Below, in pieces: positions 33,661 through 45,400 of a stretch of 64,000 nucleotides of DNA (position 1 is its first letter; each line of letters starts with the position of its first letter). A model generated the notes under the pieces. It did no database searches. It worked only from the letters and a program-made list of their open reading frames with translations, and was not told the DNA's origin. The stretch comes from Oopsacas minuta (lineage: Eukaryota; Animalia; Porifera), in contig JAKMXF010000166.1 in the NCBI GenBank assembly GCA_024704765.1, forward strand, positions 248,001 to 312,000, in the 5' to 3' direction. The position numbers and the translations under genes are program-made.

Positions 33661-34998
33661 ATGTGTATGGAAAATCATATACAAATGCTGGAATCCCTCT
33701 CTGTCACTTTTCGATTCTTCCACCACTCAAATACAGAATCTACCTACACAGACCTGCCTCTATCACTCACCTTTACGTTTCAGCTTCTTGTAGACTCCTT
33801 CAACCAACTTCTTCCTCCATCATCTACTCCACACAGTGTATGTGGATTTATATACAGAGATTCTGATGGAGATGTAGTAACAGTACGTAGTCCTGATGAA
33901 ATGTCTCCTCTATTGCACTCAGTAGTTTGTTTCATGAAAGAGAACTCTTCTCATGCTTTCAACCTATATCCTAAATTCTCAGAACATCTCCCCGGCCTTG
34001 TTATACCCACTAAGAATTACGTACCTTCCATCAGTTCAGGACCAGAGCAGTGTCTGGGACCGAAGATAAGATCCCAAATCGATACAAAGAGAAATGCTTT
34101 TGATTTCCAAGCCTCAATGTTGAATAAATATGAAATCAAAATAGAACAATTACACTTCCTAGAGCACTTGAGTTCTGGTAATGGTAGAAACGTGTATAAA
34201 GCTAGTTATCTACCAAACAGAATGATTGTAGCTGTGAAACAAATCCCTCTTGACGTATGTACAGAAGAACAAAATGCTATTCTCTCAGAACTAAATGTCC
34301 TATGGTTATGTGACTCTCCATACATGATAAAATTCCACGGGGCTATACACATGAATAGTTCTCTCATGTTTATAACCGAATATATGGATGGTAAGTCTCT
34401 ACAAGCTTCTACCAGAGTACAAGAGTATATTCTCGGGAAGATTGCTTTCTGTGTGATAGAAGGGATAAAGTATTTATGGACTCTTAAAATACTACACAGA
34501 GATGTAAAGCCATCTAATATACTGGTGAATACAAGAGGAGAAATTAAATTCTGTGATTTTGGTGTCAGCACACAGTTGGTAAAGTCAATGGCCCGCACTT
34601 TTATAGGTACGAATGCTTATATGGCGCCTGAACGTATAAGAGGGGAGGAGTACTCTATACAATCTGAAATCTGGTCTATTGGTATCACAGTAATGGAGTT
34701 AGCTATAGGACGGTTTCCTTACGAATTTGAAACCCGTGCTTCCCCCATGTCTCCATTAGGTCCCTTAGAATTAATACAGAGCATTCTTAATGAACCACCA
34801 CCTCGCTTACCCACTAACGAACACTCTAATGAAGTTCGTGAATTTGTTGGCTTAAGTATGGAGAAAGAACCAAGCCATCGACCTAACCTAGAAGAACTTT
34901 CAAATCTTGGATTTGTTTTGAATTATAAAGACGTTTCTAACGTAGAGATTGCTACTTGGGTGAGATCAAGAGAAAAGAGATCTGTAATTGAATTCTAG
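33661..34998 (+). CDS. MAP2K5: Dual-specificity MAP kinase kinase 5 (PB1 + kinase), single-exon CDS; start may be ATG 33667
   Basis: PB1 acidic motif FIYRDSDGDVVTVRSPDEM; VAVKQIPLD; HRDVKPSNILVNTRGEIKFCDFGVSTQLVKSMARTFIGTNAYMAPER. Confidence 0.93.
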   Translation: MCMENHIQMLESLSVTFRFFHHSNTESTYTDLPLSLTFTFQLLVDSFNQLLPPSSTPHSVCGFIYRDSDGDVVTVRSPDEMSPLLHSVVCFMKENSSHAFNLYPKFSEHLPGLVIPTKNYVPSISSGPEQCLGPKIRSQIDTKRNAFDFQASMLNKYEIKIEQLHFLEHLSSGNGRNVYKASYLPNRMIVAVKQIPLDVCTEEQNAILSELNVLWLCDSPYMIKFHGAIHMNSSLMFITEYMDGKSLQASTRVQEYILGKIAFCVIEGIKYLWTLKILHRDVKPSNILVNTRGEIKFCDFGVSTQLVKSMARTFIGTNAYMAPERIRGEEYSIQSEIWSIGITVMELAIGRFPYEFETRASPMSPLGPLELIQSILNEPPPRLPTNEHSNEVREFVGLSMEKEPSHRPNLEELSNLGFVLNYKDVSNVEIATWVRSREKRSVIEF

Positions 34999-35431
34999 GT
35001 GTTTTCTTTAAATAATAATATTATAGTGTATATAATTGATAAGTTGTTTTATTTCCTCTACGATAAATAGAAATATTTATTTAAATAGAAAGATACACTC
35101 CTATCTTCTAATATATTCCCTTTTGCATATGAACGGTTAACTTATACTTACTTTTCAAGATTTTTTAAAAGAGGACCGTTTACTCTACACTGGGATATAA
35201 ACCTGCTATTTACTACGTTTAAAACAGTAATTACGACATTGTATTTTCTGAAATTCATTCCATCACTTCATAAGGCTCGATATTCAAAGCTGAGCGAGTA
35301 TTTACAATCAAGGTTGTAAAGTTGATGTATTCGCTTATTATTCAAGATTGTATGTACTCATATAATCATCTGTGTACTTTACTACTTTAAAACCTGACAA
35401 TCTCTTCTGGTTTTAGATAATTATTACTGAG

Positions 35432-36316
35432 ATGTCTTTCGCTCCCTCCTACTCAGACTTGGGCAAAGATGCTAGTGACCTTTTCAACAAAGGTTACGAC
35501 TATGATGCAATAAAGATAGAAATCAAGCCGAAATCTCCTGGTACAAGTTCTGACGTAAAATGCTCTCTGACGTCTAAGACCCTAGGAGGCATACTATCTC
35601 CTGCTACTTCTCCTCCACTCACTACTGGCCTTATCGAGATAAAGAATAAGTGTAAATACTTTGGTGTAAATACTACAACCACTATTCGTCAGAATTCTCA
35701 GATTACAACAGAGATTACTAAAGAGCTTCTAGCTAATAAAGGTAAACTAACTGGTGAAGCTAAACTCAATCCGTCTTCTGGAGCTCTTGCACTCAAATCT
35801 AAAGGCTCTTACAAGAATGAGCATGTAAATGGTAGTATTCAGCTAGAAACGGAACAGTTTAAACCTCCAACTATGCTCGGTAACATAGTTCTTAGCTATA
35901 AAGGTTTTCTGTTAGGCTCTCAGCTCCTTCATACTTATTCTAACCATCAAGTTCCTTACCCTGATGTAAGTGTGGGTTATCAGAGTAAGAATAAGTCTTA
36001 TGGCTTAAATGCTCTGTGGAGTAGTAATAAGTGTATGATGATATCTACACATCAGAGAATTGATAGGAACCTTGAAATTGCTTTCCAAGGCATATTCGAA
36101 AGAAACAATGCGCTACATCCTAGATTCAATGTAGCAGCTAGATACGCTATTTCTGATGCAATTTACAAAGTGAAAGTGAACAGTCAGAAACTTGTCGGCC
36201 TGTCATACTCCAGGCTATTGCAGCCTGGCATAAAATTCACTCTGAGCTCTATCATAGATTTCAATAACTTTGCTGGTGGAAATCACAGACTCGGAGTTGC
36301 GTTTGACTTCGAATAG
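35432..36316 (+). CDS. VDAC: Voltage-dependent anion channel (mitochondrial porin)
   Basis: APSYSDLGKDASDLFNKGY N-terminal helix; KVKVNSQKLVGLSYSRLLQPGIKFTLS..HRLGVAFDFE. Confidence 0.95.
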   Translation: MSFAPSYSDLGKDASDLFNKGYDYDAIKIEIKPKSPGTSSDVKCSLTSKTLGGILSPATSPPLTTGLIEIKNKCKYFGVNTTTTIRQNSQITTEITKELLANKGKLTGEAKLNPSSGALALKSKGSYKNEHVNGSIQLETEQFKPPTMLGNIVLSYKGFLLGSQLLHTYSNHQVPYPDVSVGYQSKNKSYGLNALWSSNKCMMISTHQRIDRNLEIAFQGIFERNNALHPRFNVAARYAISDAIYKVKVNSQKLVGLSYSRLLQPGIKFTLSSIIDFNNFAGGNHRLGVAFDFE

Positions 36317-36472
36317 TCTTGATACCTATCAAATACTAGGACATCATAATGTATAGGTTACTTATCGTATTATTTAGTTATTCACATTTAGCGGGATGTG
36401 TTATGTACTATAATTACTGTAGAGTTATTTTTGTAAAATAACAAATAATATTATCATAGAAATTATTATACA

Positions 36473-36658
36473 TACATATCAACTCCCCGTTTTATCGAGC
36501 ACGATAAATCAAAATACCCGCTTATATCGATATCTAAAATTTTATAAATTTCGTCCTAAACCGTCAAACTACAGTAATATATTTCATCGGTGGTTATATC
36601 GAACTTCTATCTAAGTAATTACGGCGGTTGAGCTTCGATACAGCTGGAGTTTACTGTA
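36473..36658. mobile_element. Degenerate pogo/Tigger-like MITE
   Basis: Left TACATATCAACTCCCCGTTTTATCGA vs reverse complement of right end TACAGTAAACTCCAGCTGTATCGA. Confidence 0.5.
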
Positions 36659-36725
36659 TTTTGGCCATTCTTTTTCGTATTTTTGCTTATCTTGATTTGT
36701 TTCTCATTAGTAATGTGTGTATTTA

Positions 36726-38228
36726 ATGAGTGAGCCTAATGATTCAAGTAACAGCAGCTCCTCTCCTTGCTGTAGACCTAGCAGGAACAGAGACTCTGTA
36801 TTTAGTATATTCTCTAATCTCTCTATATCGAAAGGACGACCTAAAAATAATACCAGGGATACAGACACGCCTCCTAGCCCTGAGAACCTGGAGGAGAGTG
36901 GTGCTAGACTCCACTCCAGGATACAGGAGCGAGTTGAAGGTACGAAGGAGCAGTTATCTGTATGTGAAGAAGAGAAAATGAGATGTGTTAGTGATACAAC
37001 TGCTAAATTTGATAACCTTATCAGTATTTTAACAAATCGTAAAGCTCAATGTTTAGATTTAATTAACAACAGATATGAACATATTGAGAACAACTTGAAA
37101 GATGAAATTATTCGTTTAGAAAAGCAACGGGCTCGGCTGGACAAAACAATGAAAGAAGTACAGAATCCAGCTCCGATACATTTAGACGTGAAACAATGGT
37201 CAGCATATTCTACCGAGCTACAGCGCCTGCAGACAGCTTTCAGTGATTCTATGCAATCGTACTCTACTGCCATAAAATGTATTGAAGATATGCTACGAGA
37301 GAAAACAGTCCGTTGGAGAGTAAGGGTGAGATTTGAGGAAGACATGACAGAGAAACTATGTCGATATGGGAAAGTTAAAGAGGTTAATAACAGAGAGTAC
37401 AAGCCTCAGTCTCGTATGATTAGTGGTAAGAGCGAGCATGTTAACCTACAGCCTAAATACCGCGTAGTGTGTGATACACTACGTGGCTTGGAAATAGGAG
37501 ATGTGTGCTATTTCAACAAACTCCTGTATATTATAAATGTTAGTTCAAAATCATACTGTATATTCTCAATTGAAGGAGATTTCCTGGAGGAAGTATTCTA
37601 TAGAGAGCATGTACCTGTTGACAAGTGTAAAGAGGGAATTGCAGTTAGCAAACAGTACGTGTATATAGTTAGTTGGATAATACACTCAATATTAGCTTAT
37701 AGTCACCATGGACATTTGACAAGATGTGTATCTTCTCTCAGCAAGATTGGAAATTTTAATTCACCATTTCATCCTTGTATTGATTCTTTATCTAACTTGA
37801 TGGTAGCTGACAGACTTAATCATAGAGTTTTACGGTTGTCTGCTCCGCTAACAGAATCTTGTATTGTATTACGTGATGACACGATAGATAGAATGTTCGC
37901 TATGCGGGTTGATGAGAATGACGTCATAATCATAGCACACCAAAAGGTACTAAAATTCTACAATCAACAAGGTGAACAGCTGGCGCTACACGACATGACA
38001 CACCTCTTCCCGAAAATGTTCCACTTCAAGCCTAACGTAATGTGCCCACTCCCTTTTGGATTTATGTTAGTAGGGGACTTCGAATGGATGTTTTTGTACC
38101 ATCAGGATGAAGAAAGGATTTTCTATCTGAGGACTAAGCATCAGTTCTTATCTTATACTATTGCTGGTATGCTGTGTGCAGCTACTGACAATGCGCTCAA
38201 TTTCTTTGATTTAGGTGGTTTCATGTGA
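36726..38228 (+). CDS. Coiled-coil + NHL-like beta-propeller protein (TRIM-NHL-like, no RING/B-box)
   Basis: Heptad region (AKFDNLISILTNRKAQCLDLI..LEKQRARL), linker LCRYGKV, repeats such as GIAVSKQYVYIV and FNSPFHPCIDSLSNLMVADRLNHRV; first ATG 36726. Confidence 0.7.
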   Translation: MSEPNDSSNSSSSPCCRPSRNRDSVFSIFSNLSISKGRPKNNTRDTDTPPSPENLEESGARLHSRIQERVEGTKEQLSVCEEEKMRCVSDTTAKFDNLISILTNRKAQCLDLINNRYEHIENNLKDEIIRLEKQRARLDKTMKEVQNPAPIHLDVKQWSAYSTELQRLQTAFSDSMQSYSTAIKCIEDMLREKTVRWRVRVRFEEDMTEKLCRYGKVKEVNNREYKPQSRMISGKSEHVNLQPKYRVVCDTLRGLEIGDVCYFNKLLYIINVSSKSYCIFSIEGDFLEEVFYREHVPVDKCKEGIAVSKQYVYIVSWIIHSILAYSHHGHLTRCVSSLSKIGNFNSPFHPCIDSLSNLMVADRLNHRVLRLSAPLTESCIVLRDDTIDRMFAMRVDENDVIIIAHQKVLKFYNQQGEQLALHDMTHLFPKMFHFKPNVMCPLPFGFMLVGDFEWMFLYHQDEERIFYLRTKHQFLSYTIAGMLCAATDNALNFFDLGGFM

Positions 38229-38438
38229 TTTCTGACGTCGTCACTTCCTTCTAGTCCTATGTTCACTTAATTTATATTTTATATATTTTTATTACATTTC
38301 GTCAATTTCTAATTTTATAGACTACTATTTATTTCTTCAAATTCATTTGATAATACAATATTTCTACTTTAATCGGCCATATACAAACGTTACGTATATT
38401 AGCGAAATTGTTTTTTATATTATTACCACTTTGAAGTT

Positions 38439-39989
38439 ATGGAGGATTTTGCTGCGAAGAGCTCTGTTAAAAGAAGAATAAATAATTCTGTAGAAACAAA
38501 AGTTAACAAAAAACTGAAAAGACCGATAGACGATTTTCTAAATAATTTAAATACAAAAATTCAACAACATTCTTCTGAAAATAATGATTCTACTTTTCCT
38601 GAAATATTAAACCAATTTGATCATCCTGAAACTTCAGAAACAGCTGATGCACATAACAAACAAAATACCTCCATAATGCAAGATACAATATATATATCTC
38701 CTACAATGGCAAATGAGATAGAAACATCAACACTTAACCTCCCTCAATTCCTCATCAATGCTCTGAATAAAAACTCAATTTATCATCTATTCCCTATACA
38801 ATCTGTCATCCTTCCTACTCTCATACTAGCTCCTCCTCCTCTTCCTCTATTTTACGACTCCTCCTCTATCCTACCATCAGATATTTGCGTATCAGCACCA
38901 ACTGGCAGTGGTAAAACTCTCTGTTACCTCCTTCCTATACTTGCCAGACTCCATCATAGAGTTGTACCTAGACTGAGAGCTCTGATAGTACTACCAACCA
39001 AGGATCTAGCTAATCAAGTACATGCTGTATTCGCTAACTATACTAAGAAAACTGATTTGAAGATTCAATTATTCAACAGAGATAATTCATTTGATATGAA
39101 GCACTCTCCTGACGTAATAGTATGTACTCCAGGTAAACTCGTAGACTCACTCAAATCAGAATTTGGAATCAGATTAAACCATTTGGAATTTCTTGTTGTA
39201 GATGAGGCAGATAGACTATTAGATCAATCTTATCATGAATGGATTCCTTTTATTATATCTCATTTACCGTCCAAGCTAAATGATGACGTAATTCGAGTTC
39301 ATTGTAGGAAATTCTTATTTTCAGCTACTTTAACAAGAAATCCAGAAAGTTTATCTCAACTAGAACTCTATAGACCAATTCTTTACACAATTGAAGATAT
39401 ATCTTCTTCGTACAAATACACATTACCCTCTCTCCTAACACAATTCGTATACACATGTCCTTCCACACAGGACAAATTACTATTATTGTATTACATCCTG
39501 CAACAAGACTCTGTGAATGCTACTCTATGCTTTACAAATTCTAAAGAGAATACAAATAGACTTTACTTGTTTCTTGTAAAACTGGGATTTAATGTTAATG
39601 AATTTTCTTCACAGTTAAATGACAAGCAACGCAAAAATATCTTCGCTAAATTCTCAAAGAAAGAGATAGACATTCTAATATGTACTGATACTATGGCTCG
39701 TGGTATTGACATACATGATGTTAAGAATGTAATTAATTATGACTGTCCTCCTTTTCTAAGGAATTATATTCACAGAGTTGGACGGACTGCCAGAGCTAAT
39801 CAGGAAGGAAAGGCATTCACTATCTTGGAACAATGTGAAGTTTATCATTTTAAGAAAATGATGAAGGAAACTAATTCTAATTATCAAATCAAGAGATTTA
39901 ATTCTTTTCAACTTTTACCATATAAGGAGATTTGTTCGAATGCATTGACACAGATCCGTGATCAACTGGACAAGAGTGAATCCCCTTAG
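38439..39989 (+). CDS. DDX51: DEAD-box RNA helicase DDX51/Dbp6
   Basis: LFPIQ Q-motif; DICVSAPTGSGKTL; LPTKDLANQV; DEADRLL; FSATL; RGID; HRVGRTARA. Confidence 0.9.
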   Translation: MEDFAAKSSVKRRINNSVETKVNKKLKRPIDDFLNNLNTKIQQHSSENNDSTFPEILNQFDHPETSETADAHNKQNTSIMQDTIYISPTMANEIETSTLNLPQFLINALNKNSIYHLFPIQSVILPTLILAPPPLPLFYDSSSILPSDICVSAPTGSGKTLCYLLPILARLHHRVVPRLRALIVLPTKDLANQVHAVFANYTKKTDLKIQLFNRDNSFDMKHSPDVIVCTPGKLVDSLKSEFGIRLNHLEFLVVDEADRLLDQSYHEWIPFIISHLPSKLNDDVIRVHCRKFLFSATLTRNPESLSQLELYRPILYTIEDISSSYKYTLPSLLTQFVYTCPSTQDKLLLLYYILQQDSVNATLCFTNSKENTNRLYLFLVKLGFNVNEFSSQLNDKQRKNIFAKFSKKEIDILICTDTMARGIDIHDVKNVINYDCPPFLRNYIHRVGRTARANQEGKAFTILEQCEVYHFKKMMKETNSNYQIKRFNSFQLLPYKEICSNALTQIRDQLDKSESP

Positions 39990-40702
39990 CTATTTAATTC
40001 TTTATCTCGAGTTTATGGAAAGAATAATATCTTTAGAATATAATTCTCGATTAAATAGCCATTTGGGTAGCTTACCCCCTACCCCCTACCCCCAAAAAAT
40101 ATGATTATGCTTCTCGGAACTTGATTTGGAGAGAAATTCTCGAATCTCACTTTTGGAAAATTCTTTAATAAACAAATGGTTACAGTTTAAATCGTTATTT
40201 ATTACCATTCTTTTCAGGTAAGAATAGTCACATATACCAATATTCAGGAAAAACAATGAAAAATATAAGTCAGGATTTTTTAACCATACATTTAGTGGAT
40301 TCAGTATAAGTTTAACATCTGCTGTTCCTGTTATAAGAACGCCAGATATTAAACTGATATTTTGATTAATCAGTTCTTATACTCTTGTTTACTTAATCCC
40401 GGTTACCAGTACAAATTAGCTCTTATAACAGGATATTGATGTTATTATCACTAGCTTACAAGTATTATTCGATTTTATACGGATAATATAATTAATACAG
40501 GGGCTTAGACAGGGGGGAACACCTCTAAATATACCTAACAGAAGGTTTTTTGTTGTCCTAATACATGCTGATTGGAAATCGCCAAATAACTACTCTGTGT
40601 TATCCCCAATAACACTAGTGCATTAGGCATCTACTTAATTCAGTTTATAAAAAGTCAGAATAATAAGCAAACAGTATATACAAACATGAATATATTAATA
40701 TA

Positions 40703-42014
40703 TTAATTATCAGCATTAGTTGTTCCTTCATCCAGTGTGAGTTCTAATACATCAGGGGGATTAGATCTAGTGGTTGTACGGTCTGAAGCTCGTGACCTTT
40801 CGCTTCCTCTACTCCTCTTACTCTTCTTGAAAATCAGTGAGTATCTTGGTAGACTAGCTCTACTTCTCTCAGAAAAATTACCTCTTGGGTATTCTTGATG
40901 AGTATCGTAACCAGGTGGGAGGGTCTCTGATAATCGAGGAGGCGTTTCCCGTCCAGCTTCTGGGTTAGTTCTTACTTGTGGTCGTGGTTCTACGGGTACC
41001 GGTACAGGAGTACAGCAGTAGTACACAACACATATTACAACCAAAGATATGATTGCTCCTACTAGAACTACTGCTATTACCACTACCACTACTATAATGG
41101 CAAAGAAGAGAGCTGGATCACTGTTTACGTTGTCGTCTTGTCCTAAGGATTGTAATTGAAGGATAGGATTAGTTCAATAAGATATTTAGTGTTTAACTTC
41201 TAGAATTTGCTGGAATAGTTATTGCCCTGATTCTATAAATTATGAGATTCTATAACACAATGGGGCCGTTCAAACGTTACGTAACGCTTCCCTGAATTTT
41301 GACACCCCTCTCCCTGTGTCACGCTTTTTCACCGTTTTGTGTTACAAAAAGAATGGGACTGTCACACTTCGCATACCAGCCCTCCCCTTGTAGCGTTACG
41401 TAACGTTTGAACGGCCGCACGGCCCCCTATATCTGACTCACTATATCACACCGCGACTATATTCTCCGGTTAATTGTGGAATACTGGGTTTCATCCAGGT
41501 TCTCAGGGCCATACGCCTAGAAATGGATTCTATTTCAGTTCATACGCCTAGACTATACATTTATATTACGATATAGGAGTTTACGCCAAAAGAGAAATAT
41601 TCATACGCATAGACCTATATTTTCCGAAATGTATACGCCTGGATAATACCCTGGTGGATTACGAATTTATAATCAGTTCGACTAAATTTCCTTCGACAAA
41701 TTTCCTTTTCAAAATGACGAAACTTCTGTCAATCTGAATATATTGGTAACAGTATTTCGTGGCCATAACCGGTGCCATTTCCTGCACGCTATTCTGTATT
41801 ACATTAGTTTCCACTTGAGCATTAAACCAGATCACCAACTTCAGAAGATAACCAATAATATAGCCAATCTCTACGTACATTTACTCATAAATCCTAATAC
41901 ACATTATTTATCTAGTTGATAATCCTACATACCTTCAACGAGCCACAATGAAGTAATCAGGAATATAACAAATGAATTAAAAGTATTCTTTAGGATAGAT
42001 GCAAAAATATTCAT
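40703..42014 (-). CDS. Small type I membrane protein with PY motifs; complement(join(40703..41142,41933..42014)), about 173 aa
   Basis: Exon 1 MNIFASILKNTFNSFVIFLITSLWLVE-G|GTATGT (phase 1, signal peptide-like) splices in frame to TTAG|GACAAGAC.. giving GQDDNVNSDPAL-TM-YYCC-..LPPGY..LPRY. Confidence 0.65.
41262..41426. mobile_element. MITE with PIF/Harbinger-like GGGGCC ends, in the intron of the small membrane protein gene
   Basis: GGGGCCGTTCAAACGTTACGTAACGCT ... AGCGTTACGTAACGTTTGAACGGCC; right end partly duplicated (ACGGCCGCACGGCCCCC). Confidence 0.8.
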
Positions 42015-42347
42015 TTTCTAATAATATTAAAATAAATTTGTGAATTCTATTTCACGTTGCTTGTACTTTATCAGGGCTACTATGTGCATACTATTTACTG
42101 GATGAAGTTTCATGTTTCCTGAACGTTCTCTTTAGCAGTACAATATATTATGGATTTGGTGATACTATTTCCATGATAGAGTGTTAATTTTATTATTTTT
42201 TCATCCACCACACAATTCTATTCAATAATCCTATTTATTACTTTGTCATTCCCTGGAAGAGTTATTAATCATTAATCATTAATCATTAACAACCACTAAA
42301 TATTACAAATTCAGGACAATTCTTAATATCGTATGCAATATACTCTC

Positions 42348-42396
42348 GTAAGTAATTATTATTTCATAAATAGTATTAAATCACTTCACTATTTAG
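42348..42396 (+). other. Predicted 49-bp 5'-UTR intron of ATM
   Basis: GTAAGT at 42348 and TTTAG ending 42396, 16 nt before the ATG. Confidence 0.5.
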
Positions 42397-42412
42397 ATTA
42401 GATTTAAGTTTG

Positions 42413-45400
42413 ATGGATTTGGAGGATAGACTTTGTACAATTTTGCAAGATTTGACGAAATCTAAGCAAAGAGTGAAAGCAAGAAAAGCTTTAGAGGATC
42501 TGTTAACTGATAAACGCAAGGATGTAGTTGGAGTATTAAATAATTCTCAGCTATTTACATGGAAAGAATTGGTCTTTTCAGTGATGGAATATAATATGAA
42601 AGAAATAGACGATTATTTAAAAAAACAAGTTGTCGCTTTCTCGTGTATAAAACCTCTTTTATCAACCATATTGAAGCTGCAATTCGAAAATGACAATTAT
42701 TCTGCTATCAAATATACAATTCAACACGTAACTGATCAATTAACCAGAGATAGCGATTTTATTCTTAGCTTTATCGGTCATGAATATGTTCAGATTTTAG
42801 GTTCTTTAATCATTGATAACTATACTATTCGATGCTTGTTAACTCAAGATAAATGGAATTTGATATACAAATGTATGTGCGCTCTAGTTTCGAATAGTAC
42901 TAATGCAACCTATCGGTCATATCTATTGAGCGAGGCAAGTAACGTTTTTCTCAAGTTAATTGATATCGGCTATCAACACTCAACTCTACCAATTTACTAT
43001 ATTCTTAATTCTCTTTTCAAAGCATTATGTGAATTTAAAGATATCCATGGTTCTCCTTTTATCAAACTTATTTCCACATTTAATATCCTAGCAGAACGTG
43101 ATGGTATAGAATGTAGAGCATTGGTTTGTAGAATAGGAGATGATATTTTAGATTCTATGTTAAATTATATAATTAACGCAAAATCACATAACAATAATGT
43201 TACTGAACAGTGTTTGGTGTTCATATTTCTTCAGATAAAGTTCCACCATCCTTCTGATATTATAGAACCTGATTACATCACGAGAGAATGGATTAATTCT
43301 CTTCTATACTTCCATCAAGTTCTTTTGGAAAAATTCCAAGCACCAAAGGATGTTTTCCAACTCATAAGTACAGTTGAAGTAGAAGCTAGTGACTACCAAA
43401 ACATTCCAAAATTGTTTTATAGGATGCTAGTTCAAGTTGAACGCTCTTTCCTTTTAATTATTGAATATTTCCCGGATTCGCTTTGCCTATTGTCCACTTC
43501 TCAACCGAAAAGAATTAAACTTAGTTCAGTTGATTTTGTTGATCTGATAACAGATAATTTACCAAACCATTCTCATCCAAAATTTATAATATATCTACAT
43601 TTGCTATTAAATCTCCTCGCAAATATGCCTCATCTATTCAAGAATAGAATTCTAATTATTTTAAGATTGCTTTTCGAAATACCCTGTACAAGAGCTGCAG
43701 AACTTAACCATTCAATTACAAATGAAGTTATTCATTGTCTAATTTGTATTGTTACTAGCAAAGATGTATTCCTTGAGCAAAATGTGGTAAATTTAATCGT
43801 TACGAATATTCTCCTTCAAAATCTACATCTCCAAAAACAGCCATCTTACTACAGACTGTTATCTATCATTCTTGAGTCAAATACACAAGCAAAATTGCCT
43901 GTCATTAATTGGAAAGAGTTGCAACATAGCTTAATAGATTCTAAGTGTATAGGATTCTTATGGAAATATCTTTCAATACATGACTTACCTTGTTGTCAAG
44001 ATATTCCTAATTCTACCTTTTCAATGGAACATTCCTTACCAAGACATTCCACAAGGATATTCATAATCAATTGCTTGCTGCCTGAAAAATTCGATAATAC
44101 AAAATCTATTGTAAACTGGCTTACATCTTGTGATACTTTCTTCATGTTAGGGCAAATACTTGCTTCCCAATGCATGCTTTCGTCTTGCAAATCTCTTCTC
44201 TTAACAGAGCGATTCTTAACAGATTCAATGCTGAGAAAATTCCAACACACAACTAAGGTGGATAACTTCTCACAAGATTCAATAAGAATAATGCTGGAGT
44301 TTGAATTTATTCCAATACCCACCTTACCAAATCCTGAAACATTTAGATTATACAAATCTGAGAGATCTGCTATACCAAGCTACTATACCGAATACATAGC
44401 ATATATTAATAGTATTTTCTTGAGGTTAGTTACTTATTTCTCTGGTAACGAATGCAAACAGAGATCTACAATTCTTCTTTCACTATTGAAATATTATTTC
44501 TATTTTCATTTCAATTTGGTGGTCTGGACTTCTTTCCAAACAAATTTACTTCCTATTTCTATTCAAAACGAATTTATTATCCTCGTTTTCAACCAATTAG
44601 TAGAAGATCTTCTTCAATTCCCTTCATTAGATACTTTATCAGCTACTATAAAATTGGAGGAATTTCTTATTGAACTGAAAATGATTGTAAGTAATTCTAA
44701 CTACTTCTATACACCAGCTATTCACTCTGTCATTAGCTCGTTCCTTAATATAATTCCAGATAATATTATAGATTCTCTAAAATCTATTATCTCTCATTTA
44801 TATGAGAGTACCTCAAAGCAATTACCATTAACTCGTGCATTAAATCCATTAGATATAAATTTACTTGACAAACAACATACTGTCACTATCTCTATTGTAC
44901 GTATCCTTTGTAATCTACATTGGTTATATTACAAAATTTCATCAACAGATCATCACCATTTAGAATATTTATTGACAAATAGTTTCCTCTGCCAACTACT
45001 TAATAATCTGCTCGATATTAAGTCTGTATTTTCACTACAAGCTAGTATAGTCGTTTGTGAACATTTGGCTTACAGTTTTACAAGTTGTTCAGAGAGTGTA
45101 TTATGTTTGATTCTAGAACGTTTACTTCTCATTTGTACTCAGCTTTGTAAATTCAACCAGACTGCTCTGAACAAGGTAATGTTAATTCTACAGTGCTTAG
45201 CTGAACAGCTGGTCTGTTTTATTAAAGTTAATATTACTATATCTCATCACGTAGAGAACTTATTACGAATTTTAACTTCTATTTATATGAATGTCAGATT
45301 TTCTAATCCAAATAGAGTACTTTATATTGAATTTATTTTTCATTTTTATAAAGTTTTTCATGAACTTAACTGGCCTATTCTTACTCTACAAACGAATAAG

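Noticed and set aside
41659-41880. 73-aa ORF as a middle exon of the small membrane protein
   Set aside because: No convincing phase-1 donor/acceptor pair; cannot be excluded without RNA data.
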